Positions 36,319-45,397 are shown, counted from the stretch's first letter. The stretch is 64,000 nt of DNA from Bacillota bacterium (GCA_023422005.1 JAEZSC010000151.1:25182-89181), one strand, 5' to 3'. Numbers and translations: made by a program. Notes: generated by a model from the letters alone, not told the origin.

Positions 36319-37545
36319 ATGGACATCCAGGAACAGATGCGCATCCTCCAACAGGGCACGCAGGAGATTGTGAGCCTCGGCGAGCTGCGCGACAAGCTGC
36401 TGCGCGCCAGCCGGGAGGGCAGGCCGCTTACCGTGAAGCTGGGGTTGGACCCTTCCGCGCCGGACATCCACCTGGGGCACACGGTGGTGCTGCGCAAGAT
36501 CCGGCAATTCCAGAACCTGGGCCACCGGGCGGTGCTGATCATCGGCGACTTCACCGGACGCATTGGCGACCCCACCGGCCGCAGCCGCACGCGGCCTGCG
36601 CTGACCGCCGAGCAGGTGCTGGAGAACGCCCGCACCTACGAGCTCCAACTCTTCCGGGTGCTGGACCCGGCCAAGACAGAGCTGCGCTTCAACGGCGAAT
36701 GGCTGGGAGAGCTGCGCTTCGCCGACGTGGTGAAGCTGGGCAGCACCACCACCGTGGCGCGCATTCTGGAGCGCGACGACTTCCACAACCGCTTCACCGC
36801 CCAGCAGAGCATCGGCGTACACGAGCTGCTGTACCCCCTGATGCAGGCATACGACTCGGTGCACTTGCACGCCGACGTGGAACTGGGCGGCACAGACCAG
36901 CGCTTCAACATACTGTGCGGTCGGGACCTGCAGCGCGCCTACGGCCAGGAGGCCCAGTGCGCGATCTTCATGCCGCTGCTGGAAGGGCTGGATGGCCGTG
37001 AGAAGATGAGCAAGAGCTTGGGCAACTATGTGGGCGTGGACGAGAGCCCCGACGACATGCTGGGTAAGCTCATGAGCATCCCCGACGGGCTGATCTCCCG
37101 CTACTTCGAGCTGGTCACCGATATCCACCCCGACGAGCTGGCCGAAATGCGCGACGGCCTGGCCGCCGGCACGCTGAACCCCCGCGACGCCAAGCTGCGC
37201 CTGGCCGTGGACGTGACCACACTCTACCATGGCGCACAAGCCGCCGGCGATGCCCGGGAGCGCTTCGAAAGCCGCTTCTCCCGCCGGGAGCTGCCCCAGG
37301 ACGCGCCGTCGTTCGCGGTGCCCCCTTCCCTATGCGGCCCAGATGGCGCGGATTTGGCCAGGCTGCTGCTGGCGGCGGGCCTCGCGCCATCCTTAAGCGA
37401 GGCCCGGCGGCTGACCGCTCAGGGCGCGGTGCGGCTCAACGGCAAGCGCCAGAGCGGCCCGCAGCTCATTTGGCGCAGCGGCGACATCCTGCAGGCTGGC
37501 CGGCTGCGGGCTGTGCGGCTCATGGAGGACACAGACAATGGATGA
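36319..37545 (+). CDS. tyrS: Tyrosine--tRNA ligase
   Basis: Start set at MDIQEQMRIL (AAGGAGG RBS). HLGH and KMSKS class I motifs. C-terminal S4-like domain. Confidence 0.95.
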   Translation: MDIQEQMRILQQGTQEIVSLGELRDKLLRASREGRPLTVKLGLDPSAPDIHLGHTVVLRKIRQFQNLGHRAVLIIGDFTGRIGDPTGRSRTRPALTAEQVLENARTYELQLFRVLDPAKTELRFNGEWLGELRFADVVKLGSTTTVARILERDDFHNRFTAQQSIGVHELLYPLMQAYDSVHLHADVELGGTDQRFNILCGRDLQRAYGQEAQCAIFMPLLEGLDGREKMSKSLGNYVGVDESPDDMLGKLMSIPDGLISRYFELVTDIHPDELAEMRDGLAAGTLNPRDAKLRLAVDVTTLYHGAQAAGDARERFESRFSRRELPQDAPSFAVPPSLCGPDGADLARLLLAAGLAPSLSEARRLTAQGAVRLNGKRQSGPQLIWRSGDILQAGRLRAVRLMEDTDNG

Positions 37546-37565
37546 AAGCGACTACGCGTATTGAA

Positions 37566-37597
37566 GGCTCCGATCCGAGGATCGGGGCCTTTCTTTT
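37566..37597 (+). terminator. Intrinsic terminator of tyrS
   Basis: GGCTCCGATCC-gag-GATCGGGGCC followed by TTTCTTTT. Confidence 0.8.
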
Positions 37598-37801
37598 CGC
37601 CTGCGGCGCTGTTGCGCCTTGGCGATTCAGACGGCTTGTCACAATGGACGTATATCGCCCGCCGATGACGGTCGTCGGGCGATTCCTCAGCTTATTTTGC
37701 ACATACCTTGTTGTTTGGAGACGAAAACGCCTGTGGGCGGGTTTGGTGTCGTTTCTCGCTCTATACTCGGTTTCCTCCCGCCGAGTTAATCGGCGGTCGA
37801 C
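37598..37801 (+). repeat. Copy C (best preserved) of the four-hairpin intergenic repeat family
   Basis: Hairpin 1 CGCC..GGCGC-tgtt-GCGCC..GGCG (37598-37624). Linker ATTCAGACGGCTTGTCAC. Hairpin 2 ATCGCCCG/CGGGCGAT (37654-37683). Hairpin 3 CGCCTGTGGGCGG followed by GTTTGG (37728-37746). TTTCCTCCC at 37771-37779. Hairpin 4 CCGCCGA-gttaa-TCGGCGG (37778-37796). Confidence 0.6.
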
Positions 37802-37947
37802 TCTGCATTTTTATTTTTTCGCTAAGTTTGCAGAAAGTCTTATAACATCCCTAGTCTAATAACATCCCTCTTGACAGCGATGAACGACGGGGCTATATTA
37901 AGTGTGCTAGCACAGATATCACACTTGCCCCGGAAGGAGGCATCCCG

Positions 37948-38334
37948 TTGTTCACCATCGATTTGCGCAGCCGCGTGCCGATCTACGAACAGATCAAAAA
38001 CCAGACCATGGAGCTGATCCTGCTGGGTGCGCTGCAGCCCCACCAGCAGCTGCCCTCCATACGGGAGCTGGCGCGGGAGCTCCAGCTCAACGTCAACACG
38101 GTCAAAAAGGCATTCCAGGATCTGGAGGCCGACGGCGTCATCTATTCGCTGATCGGCCGTGGCAGCTTTGTGTCCGAGAACGCACTGGGCGGAGACCAGC
38201 TGAAAAAACGCGCCACCGAGGAGCTCAGGACGGCACTGCAGGCCGCCCGGGCCAGCGGGTTGACGCCGGCGCAGGCACGCGCCATCTTGCAGGACGTATA
38301 CGAAGAAAATGATGAAAGGGATGATCGTACGTGA
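37948..38334 (+). CDS. GntR family transcriptional regulator (YtrA subfamily size)
   Basis: 128 aa. TTG start after GGAAGGAGG. Winged-HTH LPSIRELARELQLNVNTVKKAFQDLEADGVI. Confidence 0.85.
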   Translation: MFTIDLRSRVPIYEQIKNQTMELILLGALQPHQQLPSIRELARELQLNVNTVKKAFQDLEADGVIYSLIGRGSFVSENALGGDQLKKRATEELRTALQAARASGLTPAQARAILQDVYEENDERDDRT

Positions 38335-39236
38335 TCGAGGTCAAAAACCTGACCAAACGCTACGGCGACTTCACCGCTTTACAGGGGCTGTCGCTGAAAG
38401 CCGAACGCGGCTCGGTCTATGGCCTGGTGGGCTACAACGGCGCGGGCAAAACCACGCTGCTCAAATGCGCCATCGGCATGTACAAGCCCGAGGAGGGCAA
38501 GGTGCTCGTGGAGGGCGAGGACGTGTTCGACAACGCCCAAAGAAAGAGGGACATGTTTTTCGTGCCCGACGACGTGTACTTTCTGCCGCAGGCCACGATG
38601 GCGCGCATGGCGCAGTTCTACCGGGGCTTCTACCCGTGCTGGAACCAGAGCACCTTCGACAAGCTGACCAAAGTGTTTCAGCTGGACCCCAACAAGCGCG
38701 TCAACGGTTTTTCCAAGGGCATGCAGAAGCAGGCGGCCATCATAGTGGCGCTGTCCACACATCCCAAGTATCTGCTGCTGGATGAGCTCTTCGACGGCCT
38801 GGACCCGGTAATTCGCAACCTTGTGCGCCAGCTGCTGATGGAGATCATCTCCGGCCGTGACACGACGGTGATCCTGTCTTCCCATAACCTGCGGGAGCTG
38901 GAGGACCTCTGCGACCACATCGGCGTCATCAACCGCCAGCACATCGTCTATAACAGTTCCATCTACGACCTGCGCAGTTCCCGCTGCCAATACCGCGTGA
39001 TACTACCCGCCGACGCCAAGGAGGATGACTTCACGCCAATCCCCTGCGCCAAGCTCAAGCTCAGCGGGCGGGTGGCCACGTTCCTCTCCCGCGGCGACGA
39101 AGCGACGATAGACGGCATGCTGGCGGCGCTGTCCCCGGTGCTGGTAGAAAAGCTGCCCATGACGCTGGAAGAGCTCTTTCTGGATGAAATGGAGGTAGGA
39201 GAATATGACTTCTCAGGTCTCTTTGACGGCGAATAG
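38331..39236 (+). CDS. ABC transporter ATP-binding protein
   Basis: 301 aa. GYNGAGKTT, FSKGMQKQAAI, LLLDELFDGLD. A 4-nt overlap with the GntR gene. Confidence 0.9.
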   Translation: MIEVKNLTKRYGDFTALQGLSLKAERGSVYGLVGYNGAGKTTLLKCAIGMYKPEEGKVLVEGEDVFDNAQRKRDMFFVPDDVYFLPQATMARMAQFYRGFYPCWNQSTFDKLTKVFQLDPNKRVNGFSKGMQKQAAIIVALSTHPKYLLLDELFDGLDPVIRNLVRQLLMEIISGRDTTVILSSHNLRELEDLCDHIGVINRQHIVYNSSIYDLRSSRCQYRVILPADAKEDDFTPIPCAKLKLSGRVATFLSRGDEATIDGMLAALSPVLVEKLPMTLEELFLDEMEVGEYDFSGLFDGE

Positions 39237-41475
39237 CAGGGTGCGGCGGTACCGCCCATGGGCCCACTCCTTCTGGCAGGCCATCGGCGAAAGCATGCTG
39301 CTGACCATACTGTGCACCATCCTCTTTTTGGCGGTAATCGTGCTGCCCACCATTGTCATTCTAACCGCGCGCAACGGGCTGGGCGAAGCCACATACAGCT
39401 CCATAAAGTATTTCTTGTTCGATGGCCCCACACTGAGCCTGCTTTTCCCGGCGCTGGCACTGCTGTCCGCATTGCTGCAGGGCGTGATGGCCTTCCGCTT
39501 CCTTTTCAACCGCAGCGCCGCCAACGTGTGGTTTGGCATGGGGCTTTCGCGCCATGAGCTGTTCTGCTCGCGCTACGCGGCGGGGGCCGCAGGCGCGCTG
39601 CTGCCTCTGGTCGTCACGATGCTGGCCACGCTGGCTGTCAACCTGGCCCTGTTTGCCGACACAGGTCTGGCGCTGGCGCGGATCGCCTTCTTTACGCTGG
39701 GCATGGGCCTGCAGATACTGGCGTTATACAGCGTAGTCGTGCTGGTGTGCTGCGCCTGCAAGACGCTGGCGGAGGGCATCGCCTATTCGGTGATCCTGAT
39801 GGCGCTGCCCACCCTGCTTGGGATGAGCCTGAACGGGCTGCTGCTGCACCTGCTGCCCGGCAACGGCTTTGGCCTGTCAGATACGCTCTACTACAGTTGG
39901 AACACAGCGCTGATCCGCGAACTGTCGGACTGGAACCCACTGATCTTCATGAGCCAATATATCAGCCGCTTCGGCAGCGAGTCGAAACTCGCCAGCACCG
40001 GCTATCAGGAATACCTGGCCAGCCTGCCTCCGCTGCCCATCCGCTGGGCTCTGATACCGGGCTGGCTGGCCGCCACGGGCGCGCTGCTGTGGTTTGCCCA
40101 TCGGGTTTTCCTGAAAACCGGGGTGGAGCACACCGGCGTGCTGGGCGCGGGCAAGGCCACCGCTTACACCAGCGTGCTGACCGTCGGCTTCTTCGCCTTA
40201 GGGCTTGTGTACATGCTGCCGCTGTATACCACGATGAAGCTTTCCACCGGCGCCATGCTGGCCATCGCGGTGGCATCAGCCAGCCTTGTGATGCTGGCGG
40301 CGGCGCTCCCGCTGCGGCTGCTGCGCCGGCGGGTTTGGATGGGCCTGCTCCCCTTGGTCACAGGCCTGGCCGCCATGCTGGCGCTCGTGGGGGTGCTCGT
40401 GTCCGGTGGCCTTGGCTACAGCGGTTTTGTGCCAAAAGCCGAAGAAGTGAAGAGCATTGAAATGTCTTATAATGGGCTGGATTTCTATATGCCTATGGGA
40501 AATGGTGGCAGCAGCGGCGGCGGGCTCGTGCCGGACATGAGCTATGAGAACTATATCACGCTAGAGGACAATGCCGACATCGCCGCAGCGATTGAGGTTC
40601 ACCGCGCGCTGACGCAGGCTGGCCTGCTGAGCCGGAACATGAAAGTGGACGGCGGCCGGGCGTATGGCGCTGTCACCCAGATCACCTACACGATGGCCAA
40701 CGGCGACACCGTGACCCGCGCCTATCAAGCGCTGACGCCGGACCTGATCAGAACCATGATGGCGCTGGACAACACCGCGGCGGTGAAGAAGGCCTATCGC
40801 GACCATCTGCTGTCGAACGAGGACGAACAGCCGAGCTGGGAAGTGGCCCCCTATCGATCCGGCAACGTCTATCTGTGCGCGCCGTTCTTTGGCAGCACTC
40901 AACTTTTGGGTTTGGATGAAGCACAGCATGAAAAGCTGCTGAAATGCATCGCTGACGACCTGGCCGCCCAGACGCCAGAGGACCGCTATCTGCCGGCGAA
41001 ACCGGAGACGTGCATCCTGACGTTTACGGCGCAGGGTGGCACGACGGAAGACGCCGGGTACGAGGGCAGGTTCGTATCCATCACGGAGCAGTTCACCGAA
41101 ACGCTGGCCTACCTGCGAGAAAATGGTTGGATGAACGCTATACAGAACACCGCGGAAATCGAGTATCTCGGCCTGTTGGATTACGACAAGATCAGCCACT
41201 CCTACGACTACAATGCGATGCACTCCTTCCCGATCTTCTACAGCGGGTTCGGGGCGCAGCAGGACATTGAGCGCTACAAGCAGTCTGACGAGTTAAAGTT
41301 CTTCCTGAGCGACAAAGTACAGCAACAGGAGGTGCTGTCCCGCTCGCGCAGTCTGTACCTAGCCAGTGAAGGCGGCTATGTCGTGTTCATCAAGTACAAA
41401 GGGGAGGATCGGGTGGTGTCTGCCTTCCTGCCGGCCAAGGACGCTCCGGACTATGTGGTGGAAGGTACTAAATAG
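39205..41475 (+). CDS. Large polytopic membrane protein, putative permease partner of the preceding ATPase, with an extracytoplasmic C-terminal domain of about 300 aa
   Basis: 756 aa. Many hydrophobic segments in the first ~440 aa and a soluble-looking tail. GGAGGTAGGAG RBS. Overlaps the ATPase gene end. Confidence 0.7.
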   Translation: MTSQVSLTANSRVRRYRPWAHSFWQAIGESMLLTILCTILFLAVIVLPTIVILTARNGLGEATYSSIKYFLFDGPTLSLLFPALALLSALLQGVMAFRFLFNRSAANVWFGMGLSRHELFCSRYAAGAAGALLPLVVTMLATLAVNLALFADTGLALARIAFFTLGMGLQILALYSVVVLVCCACKTLAEGIAYSVILMALPTLLGMSLNGLLLHLLPGNGFGLSDTLYYSWNTALIRELSDWNPLIFMSQYISRFGSESKLASTGYQEYLASLPPLPIRWALIPGWLAATGALLWFAHRVFLKTGVEHTGVLGAGKATAYTSVLTVGFFALGLVYMLPLYTTMKLSTGAMLAIAVASASLVMLAAALPLRLLRRRVWMGLLPLVTGLAAMLALVGVLVSGGLGYSGFVPKAEEVKSIEMSYNGLDFYMPMGNGGSSGGGLVPDMSYENYITLEDNADIAAAIEVHRALTQAGLLSRNMKVDGGRAYGAVTQITYTMANGDTVTRAYQALTPDLIRTMMALDNTAAVKKAYRDHLLSNEDEQPSWEVAPYRSGNVYLCAPFFGSTQLLGLDEAQHEKLLKCIADDLAAQTPEDRYLPAKPETCILTFTAQGGTTEDAGYEGRFVSITEQFTETLAYLRENGWMNAIQNTAEIEYLGLLDYDKISHSYDYNAMHSFPIFYSGFGAQQDIERYKQSDELKFFLSDKVQQQEVLSRSRSLYLASEGGYVVFIKYKGEDRVVSAFLPAKDAPDYVVEGTK

Positions 41476-41654
41476 CTTATAGCAGATAAATACTTAGGGG
41501 CTGTTGCGTTAGTAGCGAATGGCATTTTCATTCAAGAGATCGGACCGAAGGTTTCCAAAGGGCGACCGGAAAGCCCTTTGGTCGCGCCCGATGGCGCGAA
41601 ATCCGTTCCTTTGTTTGATATGCACTTTATGCGCCAGCGCGACAGCCCTCTCTC

Positions 41655-41816
41655 TTAGCTTTCCTTCTTCGCCCGGCGCTCGCACCGGGTAAGGCCGCCC
41701 CTGCCATGGTGGAAACCGCGGCATGCCTCGCAGTTGCGGTTGCGCTCGCACTTGGCGTTGGAGCACGGGCACTGCGTTGGGTCATAGAGCACCGGCTGCT
41801 CTTGTTTCTTTTCCAT
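41655..41816 (-). CDS. Small Cys-rich protein (53 aa), not in the supplied ORF track
   Basis: My translation: MEKKQEQPVLYDPTQCPCSNAKCERNRNCEACRGFHHGRGGLTRCERRAKKES. AAGGAG lies 8 nt upstream of the ATG. It starts 22 nt downstream of the GrpB stop. Confidence 0.6.
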   Translation of the reverse strand: MEKKQEQPVLYDPTQCPCSNAKCERNRNCEACRGFHHGRGGLTRCERRAKKES

Positions 41817-41837
41817 CTTTATTACTCCTTTTCACCT

Positions 41838-42383
41838 CTAGGCGTCGCTGGAGCCCGGGTGCCAGCCGGTGTTCTGGCTCCAGCGGTTGGCGCGCATGAT
41901 GATCTGCCAGATCAGCGGCCCCTTGCCGTCCACATAGTTCAGGCGGTTGTCCTTATGGATCAGCGAGAGTTCGTACTTGTTGTCTTCATAGGCGCGGGCG
42001 TCCTCAGGGTGCTCGCGCAGATAGTCGCGAAACAGCAGCGAGAACACCTCCTGAAAGCTGCCGGAGCGGCGCATGTGGATGTGGGTGCGCCGGTTGCCGG
42101 GCATCTCGCGGAAGTAGCGCTGTGTCTTGTCGGGGTTGTCTGGGCGAAAGACGAAGCCGATGGAACGCATGCCCAGCGCGATGACATCGATCTGGTCGAA
42201 GGATTTCAAAGACACCTGCACATCGATGACCGGCTTGGCGGCCAGGCCAGGGATGGCCGTGGAGCCGATGTGATCGATGCGCAGCGCCAGCGGCCCCAGC
42301 ACCGCGCGGATGCTCTTACCCACCTTCTGGAATTCCGCGGGCCAGCGCTCGTCATAGGGCGTCACGATGATCGGGTCTGCCAT
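41838..42383 (-). CDS. GrpB (UPF0157) family protein, nucleotidyltransferase fold
   Basis: 181 aa. YDERWPAEF...IDHIGSTAIPGLAAKPVIDV family signature. Confidence 0.85.
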   Translation of the reverse strand: MADPIIVTPYDERWPAEFQKVGKSIRAVLGPLALRIDHIGSTAIPGLAAKPVIDVQVSLKSFDQIDVIALGMRSIGFVFRPDNPDKTQRYFREMPGNRRTHIHMRRSGSFQEVFSLLFRDYLREHPEDARAYEDNKYELSLIHKDNRLNYVDGKGPLIWQIIMRANRWSQNTGWHPGSSDA

Positions 42384-42522
42384 GATACCTCACGTCGAAC
42401 CGGCGTCTCTCGCCGTTTGTTCCATTATACAATCTGTGGCCGGCGCGTACAATGCGCAAGAATCGTCAAACATATCCGCACATAGCCATGATATACTGCC
42501 GCTGTGGGAAGGAGGGCGGCGC

Positions 42523-43389
42523 ATGCGGTATCAGGAGCACATCCAGCGGGCGCTGGACTTCATCGAGGCGCAACTGCAGCGGGAGCTCACGCTGGAGCGC
42601 TGCGCCGCGGCGGCGGGCTACTCCCCCTACCACTTCAGCCGCATCTTCCACAGCGTGACCGGCCTTGCGCCCATGGACTATGTGCGAAAGCGGCGGCTGG
42701 CCCGCGCCGCGGCGGACATAGCCGCCGGCACAGAACCGTTGGTGGATATCGCTTTCCGTTGGGGGTTCGAATCCACGGAAACCTTCCTGCGAGCCTTCTC
42801 CACGGAGCACGGCATCACGCCGGGGCGCTACCGGGGCAGCGGCATCAGCCTGCACGTGACCGAACCCTTTCGTCTGTATGCCGAACCCATGCCCATCGCT
42901 GAGCCGGAGATTGCCGCCTATCCCGGCGGCACGGTGTGCGGCTATGGGCTGGCGGTGCCAACCGACGCCAGGCATGGCCTGGTGCCCCAGTTCTGGAACC
43001 GCTATCACACCCAGGAGTTGGCGCGCACGCTGCCCGGCTGCCCAATCGACGGGTGGTATGACGACGTGGGCTGCAGCCTGCCCAGGGCGGCCGACGGCTC
43101 CTGGCGCTATGTCTGTGGCATTTGGGGCAGACAGCCCGGCCCGTCGGGCAGCGAGCTGGTTCTCATCCCGCCGGGGCTGTACGCCGCCTTCACATCGCCA
43201 CCCGCCGACGCGCTGACCTTCGTGGAGACCATCCACCGCACGTGGGACCACGCAATCGGCCATTGGCTGCCCCGCTCAGCCTATTGCATGGATGCTGCAA
43301 GGCCCAGCTTTGAGACCTACTGTGAGAAGAGCCGCACCTTTGTTGAAAAAATCCATATACCGATCAAGCATAAGGAGGACCGGCCATGA
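42523..43389 (+). CDS. AraC family transcriptional regulator with a GyrI-like effector domain
   Basis: Start set at MRYQEHIQRALDFIE (GGAAGGAGGG RBS). AraC HTH AAAAGYSPYHFSRIFHSVTGLAPMDYVRKRRL. C-terminal SOUL/GyrI-like half. Confidence 0.85.
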   Translation: MRYQEHIQRALDFIEAQLQRELTLERCAAAAGYSPYHFSRIFHSVTGLAPMDYVRKRRLARAAADIAAGTEPLVDIAFRWGFESTETFLRAFSTEHGITPGRYRGSGISLHVTEPFRLYAEPMPIAEPEIAAYPGGTVCGYGLAVPTDARHGLVPQFWNRYHTQELARTLPGCPIDGWYDDVGCSLPRAADGSWRYVCGIWGRQPGPSGSELVLIPPGLYAAFTSPPADALTFVETIHRTWDHAIGHWLPRSAYCMDAARPSFETYCEKSRTFVEKIHIPIKHKEDRP

Positions 43390-44333
43390 AAAAACAACTG
43401 GAACGCTTCTCGTTGCTGGCCACTGAACCCGGCGAGATCCCCTTCTCCTTCACCCACATGCTGGCTTCGTCTCTGACATACTCGGGATACGCCGCGGGCA
43501 GGGAATCGGTCACCGGCGCCAGCGCCTTCGGCTTTCGCATCTGGGTGGACACCAAGGCCAACTGCCCCAGCGCCACGAGCATCTTCGATTTCAACCTGCT
43601 GAAGACCGGCGTGGAGCTGAACGGATATGACTGCACATACATCTCCCGCCTGTGGCACGAGGAAGCACAGGAATCCGAGCGCCGGGAGCAGGCCCACCGC
43701 GCCATCGTGGATGCCATAGACCAAGGCATCGCACCGGTCGTGTGGGACATCGGCATTCCCGAGTGGGGCGTCGTCACAGGCTATGACGACGATGCCCAGG
43801 CCTACGACACGCTGAGCATACAGAACAAGCGCGAGACAATGCCCTACGCGCAACTTGGAAAGCGGGAGATCCCGATCCTGTCGGTCACGGTGCCCGGTAA
43901 CCCCTCGGATGCAACCCCCGCGGAGCTGGCGCGGCGCACGATACAAACCGCGGTGGACCACACCCGGGGCCGCGAGTGGGAGGACCGGTCAAACTATGAG
44001 AACGGCCTGGCCGCCTACCCCCACTGGGCCAACCTAGTGCGAAACGTGGATCAGGCCAGCTTCTCGTCTCTATACTACATAGCCACCTACGCCTCGCTGC
44101 GCCGGGGCGCGGCCATCTGGCTGCGGGGCGTGGCCGCCGGCGACGCAACGCTGACCCCAGCGGCGGCGGCCTACGCGCAGGTGGCGGGGGAACTGCGGGC
44201 TGCCCTCTATCTGGTCCGGCTAAACCCGGCCTTCCCTACCCCTGAGCTGCTGGACGCGCTGCACGGCCACATCCTGAGGGCCTATGAGGCGGAGCAACGG
44301 GGTGTGGAGTTGCTGGAAAAATGGTTGAAATAA
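43386..44333 (+). CDS. Uncharacterised protein, paralogous to the C-terminal region of CDS 1990..3732
   Basis: 315 aa. A 4-nt ATGA overlap with the AraC gene. Shared segments with the HTH-fusion protein (DQGIAPVVWDIGIPEWGVVTGYDDD versus DNGKPVLAINLRIAPEWGLITGYRES, plus helical tails). Confidence 0.7.
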   Translation: MKKQLERFSLLATEPGEIPFSFTHMLASSLTYSGYAAGRESVTGASAFGFRIWVDTKANCPSATSIFDFNLLKTGVELNGYDCTYISRLWHEEAQESERREQAHRAIVDAIDQGIAPVVWDIGIPEWGVVTGYDDDAQAYDTLSIQNKRETMPYAQLGKREIPILSVTVPGNPSDATPAELARRTIQTAVDHTRGREWEDRSNYENGLAAYPHWANLVRNVDQASFSSLYYIATYASLRRGAAIWLRGVAAGDATLTPAAAAYAQVAGELRAALYLVRLNPAFPTPELLDALHGHILRAYEAEQRGVELLEKWLK

Positions 44334-44525
44334 GATAGAACGTTGCCTTCCCCCTCGGGGGGCTGGTCGGATGCTACGCATCCTGCTCGCCCATGCGTCC
44401 TGGAAGGTGGCGCGCAGCGCCGGATGAGAGGCGCGAGAGCAAGGTTGGCACCTCATCAGTCGCCTGCGGCGACAGCTTCCCCTCCAGGGGAAGCCTTTAG
44501 TTGACTCATATAAAGCGCCGTCACC

Positions 44526-45389
44526 TTACCGTGTCGGCGCTTCTTTCTTCTTCTCCCCGCCAGCCACGCCCATAGAGATCGCCCCATGGGGGCACACCTT
44601 TTGGCAGTCGCCGCAGCGGATGCACTCCGGCGAGTTGGGCGTTTTGTGCGGTTCGACATCCAGCTTGCAAGCGCGGGCGCAAGCCCGGCATTTGGTACAG
44701 CGGTGGGGGTCCACGGCCATGTGCACAAAGGCGATGCGGTTAAAAAGACCGTAGATGGCCCCCAGCGGGCACAGGAAACGGCAGAAAAAGCGGTACAGCA
44801 CGATACACAGCGCCACGATGACCAGCGCCAGACCCAGCTTCCAGAAGAACAGCGAACCCACCGACTGGCGCAGCGGCTCGCTGACCGCCATCAGCGGCAG
44901 AGCGCCAAAGATCGTACCGTTGGGGCAGACAACCTTGCAGAACCACGGCTCCCCGATGCCTGTGGAGCCCACGAGTAACATGGGCAGCAGCACCACCGGC
45001 ACTGCCAGCATCACATACTTGGTATACCGCAGCCAGCGAAGGCGGCGCGGCACCTTCCATTTGGGCGCGGGGATGCGGTGCAGCAGGTCCTGAAACAGCC
45101 CAAAGGGGCACAGCCAGCCGCAGATCCACCGCCCCGCGATCAGGCCGAACAACAACAGCGTGCCCAGCACATACCACGTGATCTGGTAACGGGCGCTGCC
45201 CAGCACCGCCTGCAGCGCGCCAATGGGGCACGCGGCCACCGCGCCGGGGCAACTGTAGCAGTTGAAGCCCGGAAGGCATACGGACTTGCTCTTGCCGCGA
45301 TAAATCGTGCCATCCACAAAACCGCCCAGGTTGGCGTTGGCGGCCAGTGAGGCCAGGGCTTGCACCCATACGCGCTTGATACGATTCAT
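44526..45389 (-). CDS. Membrane-bound 4Fe-4S binding protein (NapH/polyferredoxin-like)
   Basis: Start set at MNRIKRVWVQ. CYSCPGAVAACP, plus C-terminal CTKCRACARAC and CIRCGDCQKVCP motifs, with several TM segments. Confidence 0.8.
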   Translation of the reverse strand: MNRIKRVWVQALASLAANANLGGFVDGTIYRGKSKSVCLPGFNCYSCPGAVAACPIGALQAVLGSARYQITWYVLGTLLLFGLIAGRWICGWLCPFGLFQDLLHRIPAPKWKVPRRLRWLRYTKYVMLAVPVVLLPMLLVGSTGIGEPWFCKVVCPNGTIFGALPLMAVSEPLRQSVGSLFFWKLGLALVIVALCIVLYRFFCRFLCPLGAIYGLFNRIAFVHMAVDPHRCTKCRACARACKLDVEPHKTPNSPECIRCGDCQKVCPHGAISMGVAGGEKKKEAPTR

Positions 45390-45397
45390 GAGAACCC

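Noticed and set aside
41509-41772. 87-aa minus-strand ORF from the track.
   Set aside because: It has no RBS and is in a different frame from the 53-codon Cys-rich ORF, which has a canonical AAGGAG and sensible operon spacing. It spans an intergenic hairpin region.
44334-44525. A 190-nt convergent intergenic region with several short GC hairpins (CCCCCTCGGGGG, GGATGCTACGCATCC, GTCGCCTGCGGCGAC, GCTTCCCCTCCAGGGGAAGC). I checked it as a possible fifth repeat copy or small RNA.
   Set aside because: It does not contain the family's conserved linkers (ATTCAGACG, TTTCCTCCCGCCG) or its order of parts. It is most simply a set of stacked terminator-like hairpins between convergent genes.
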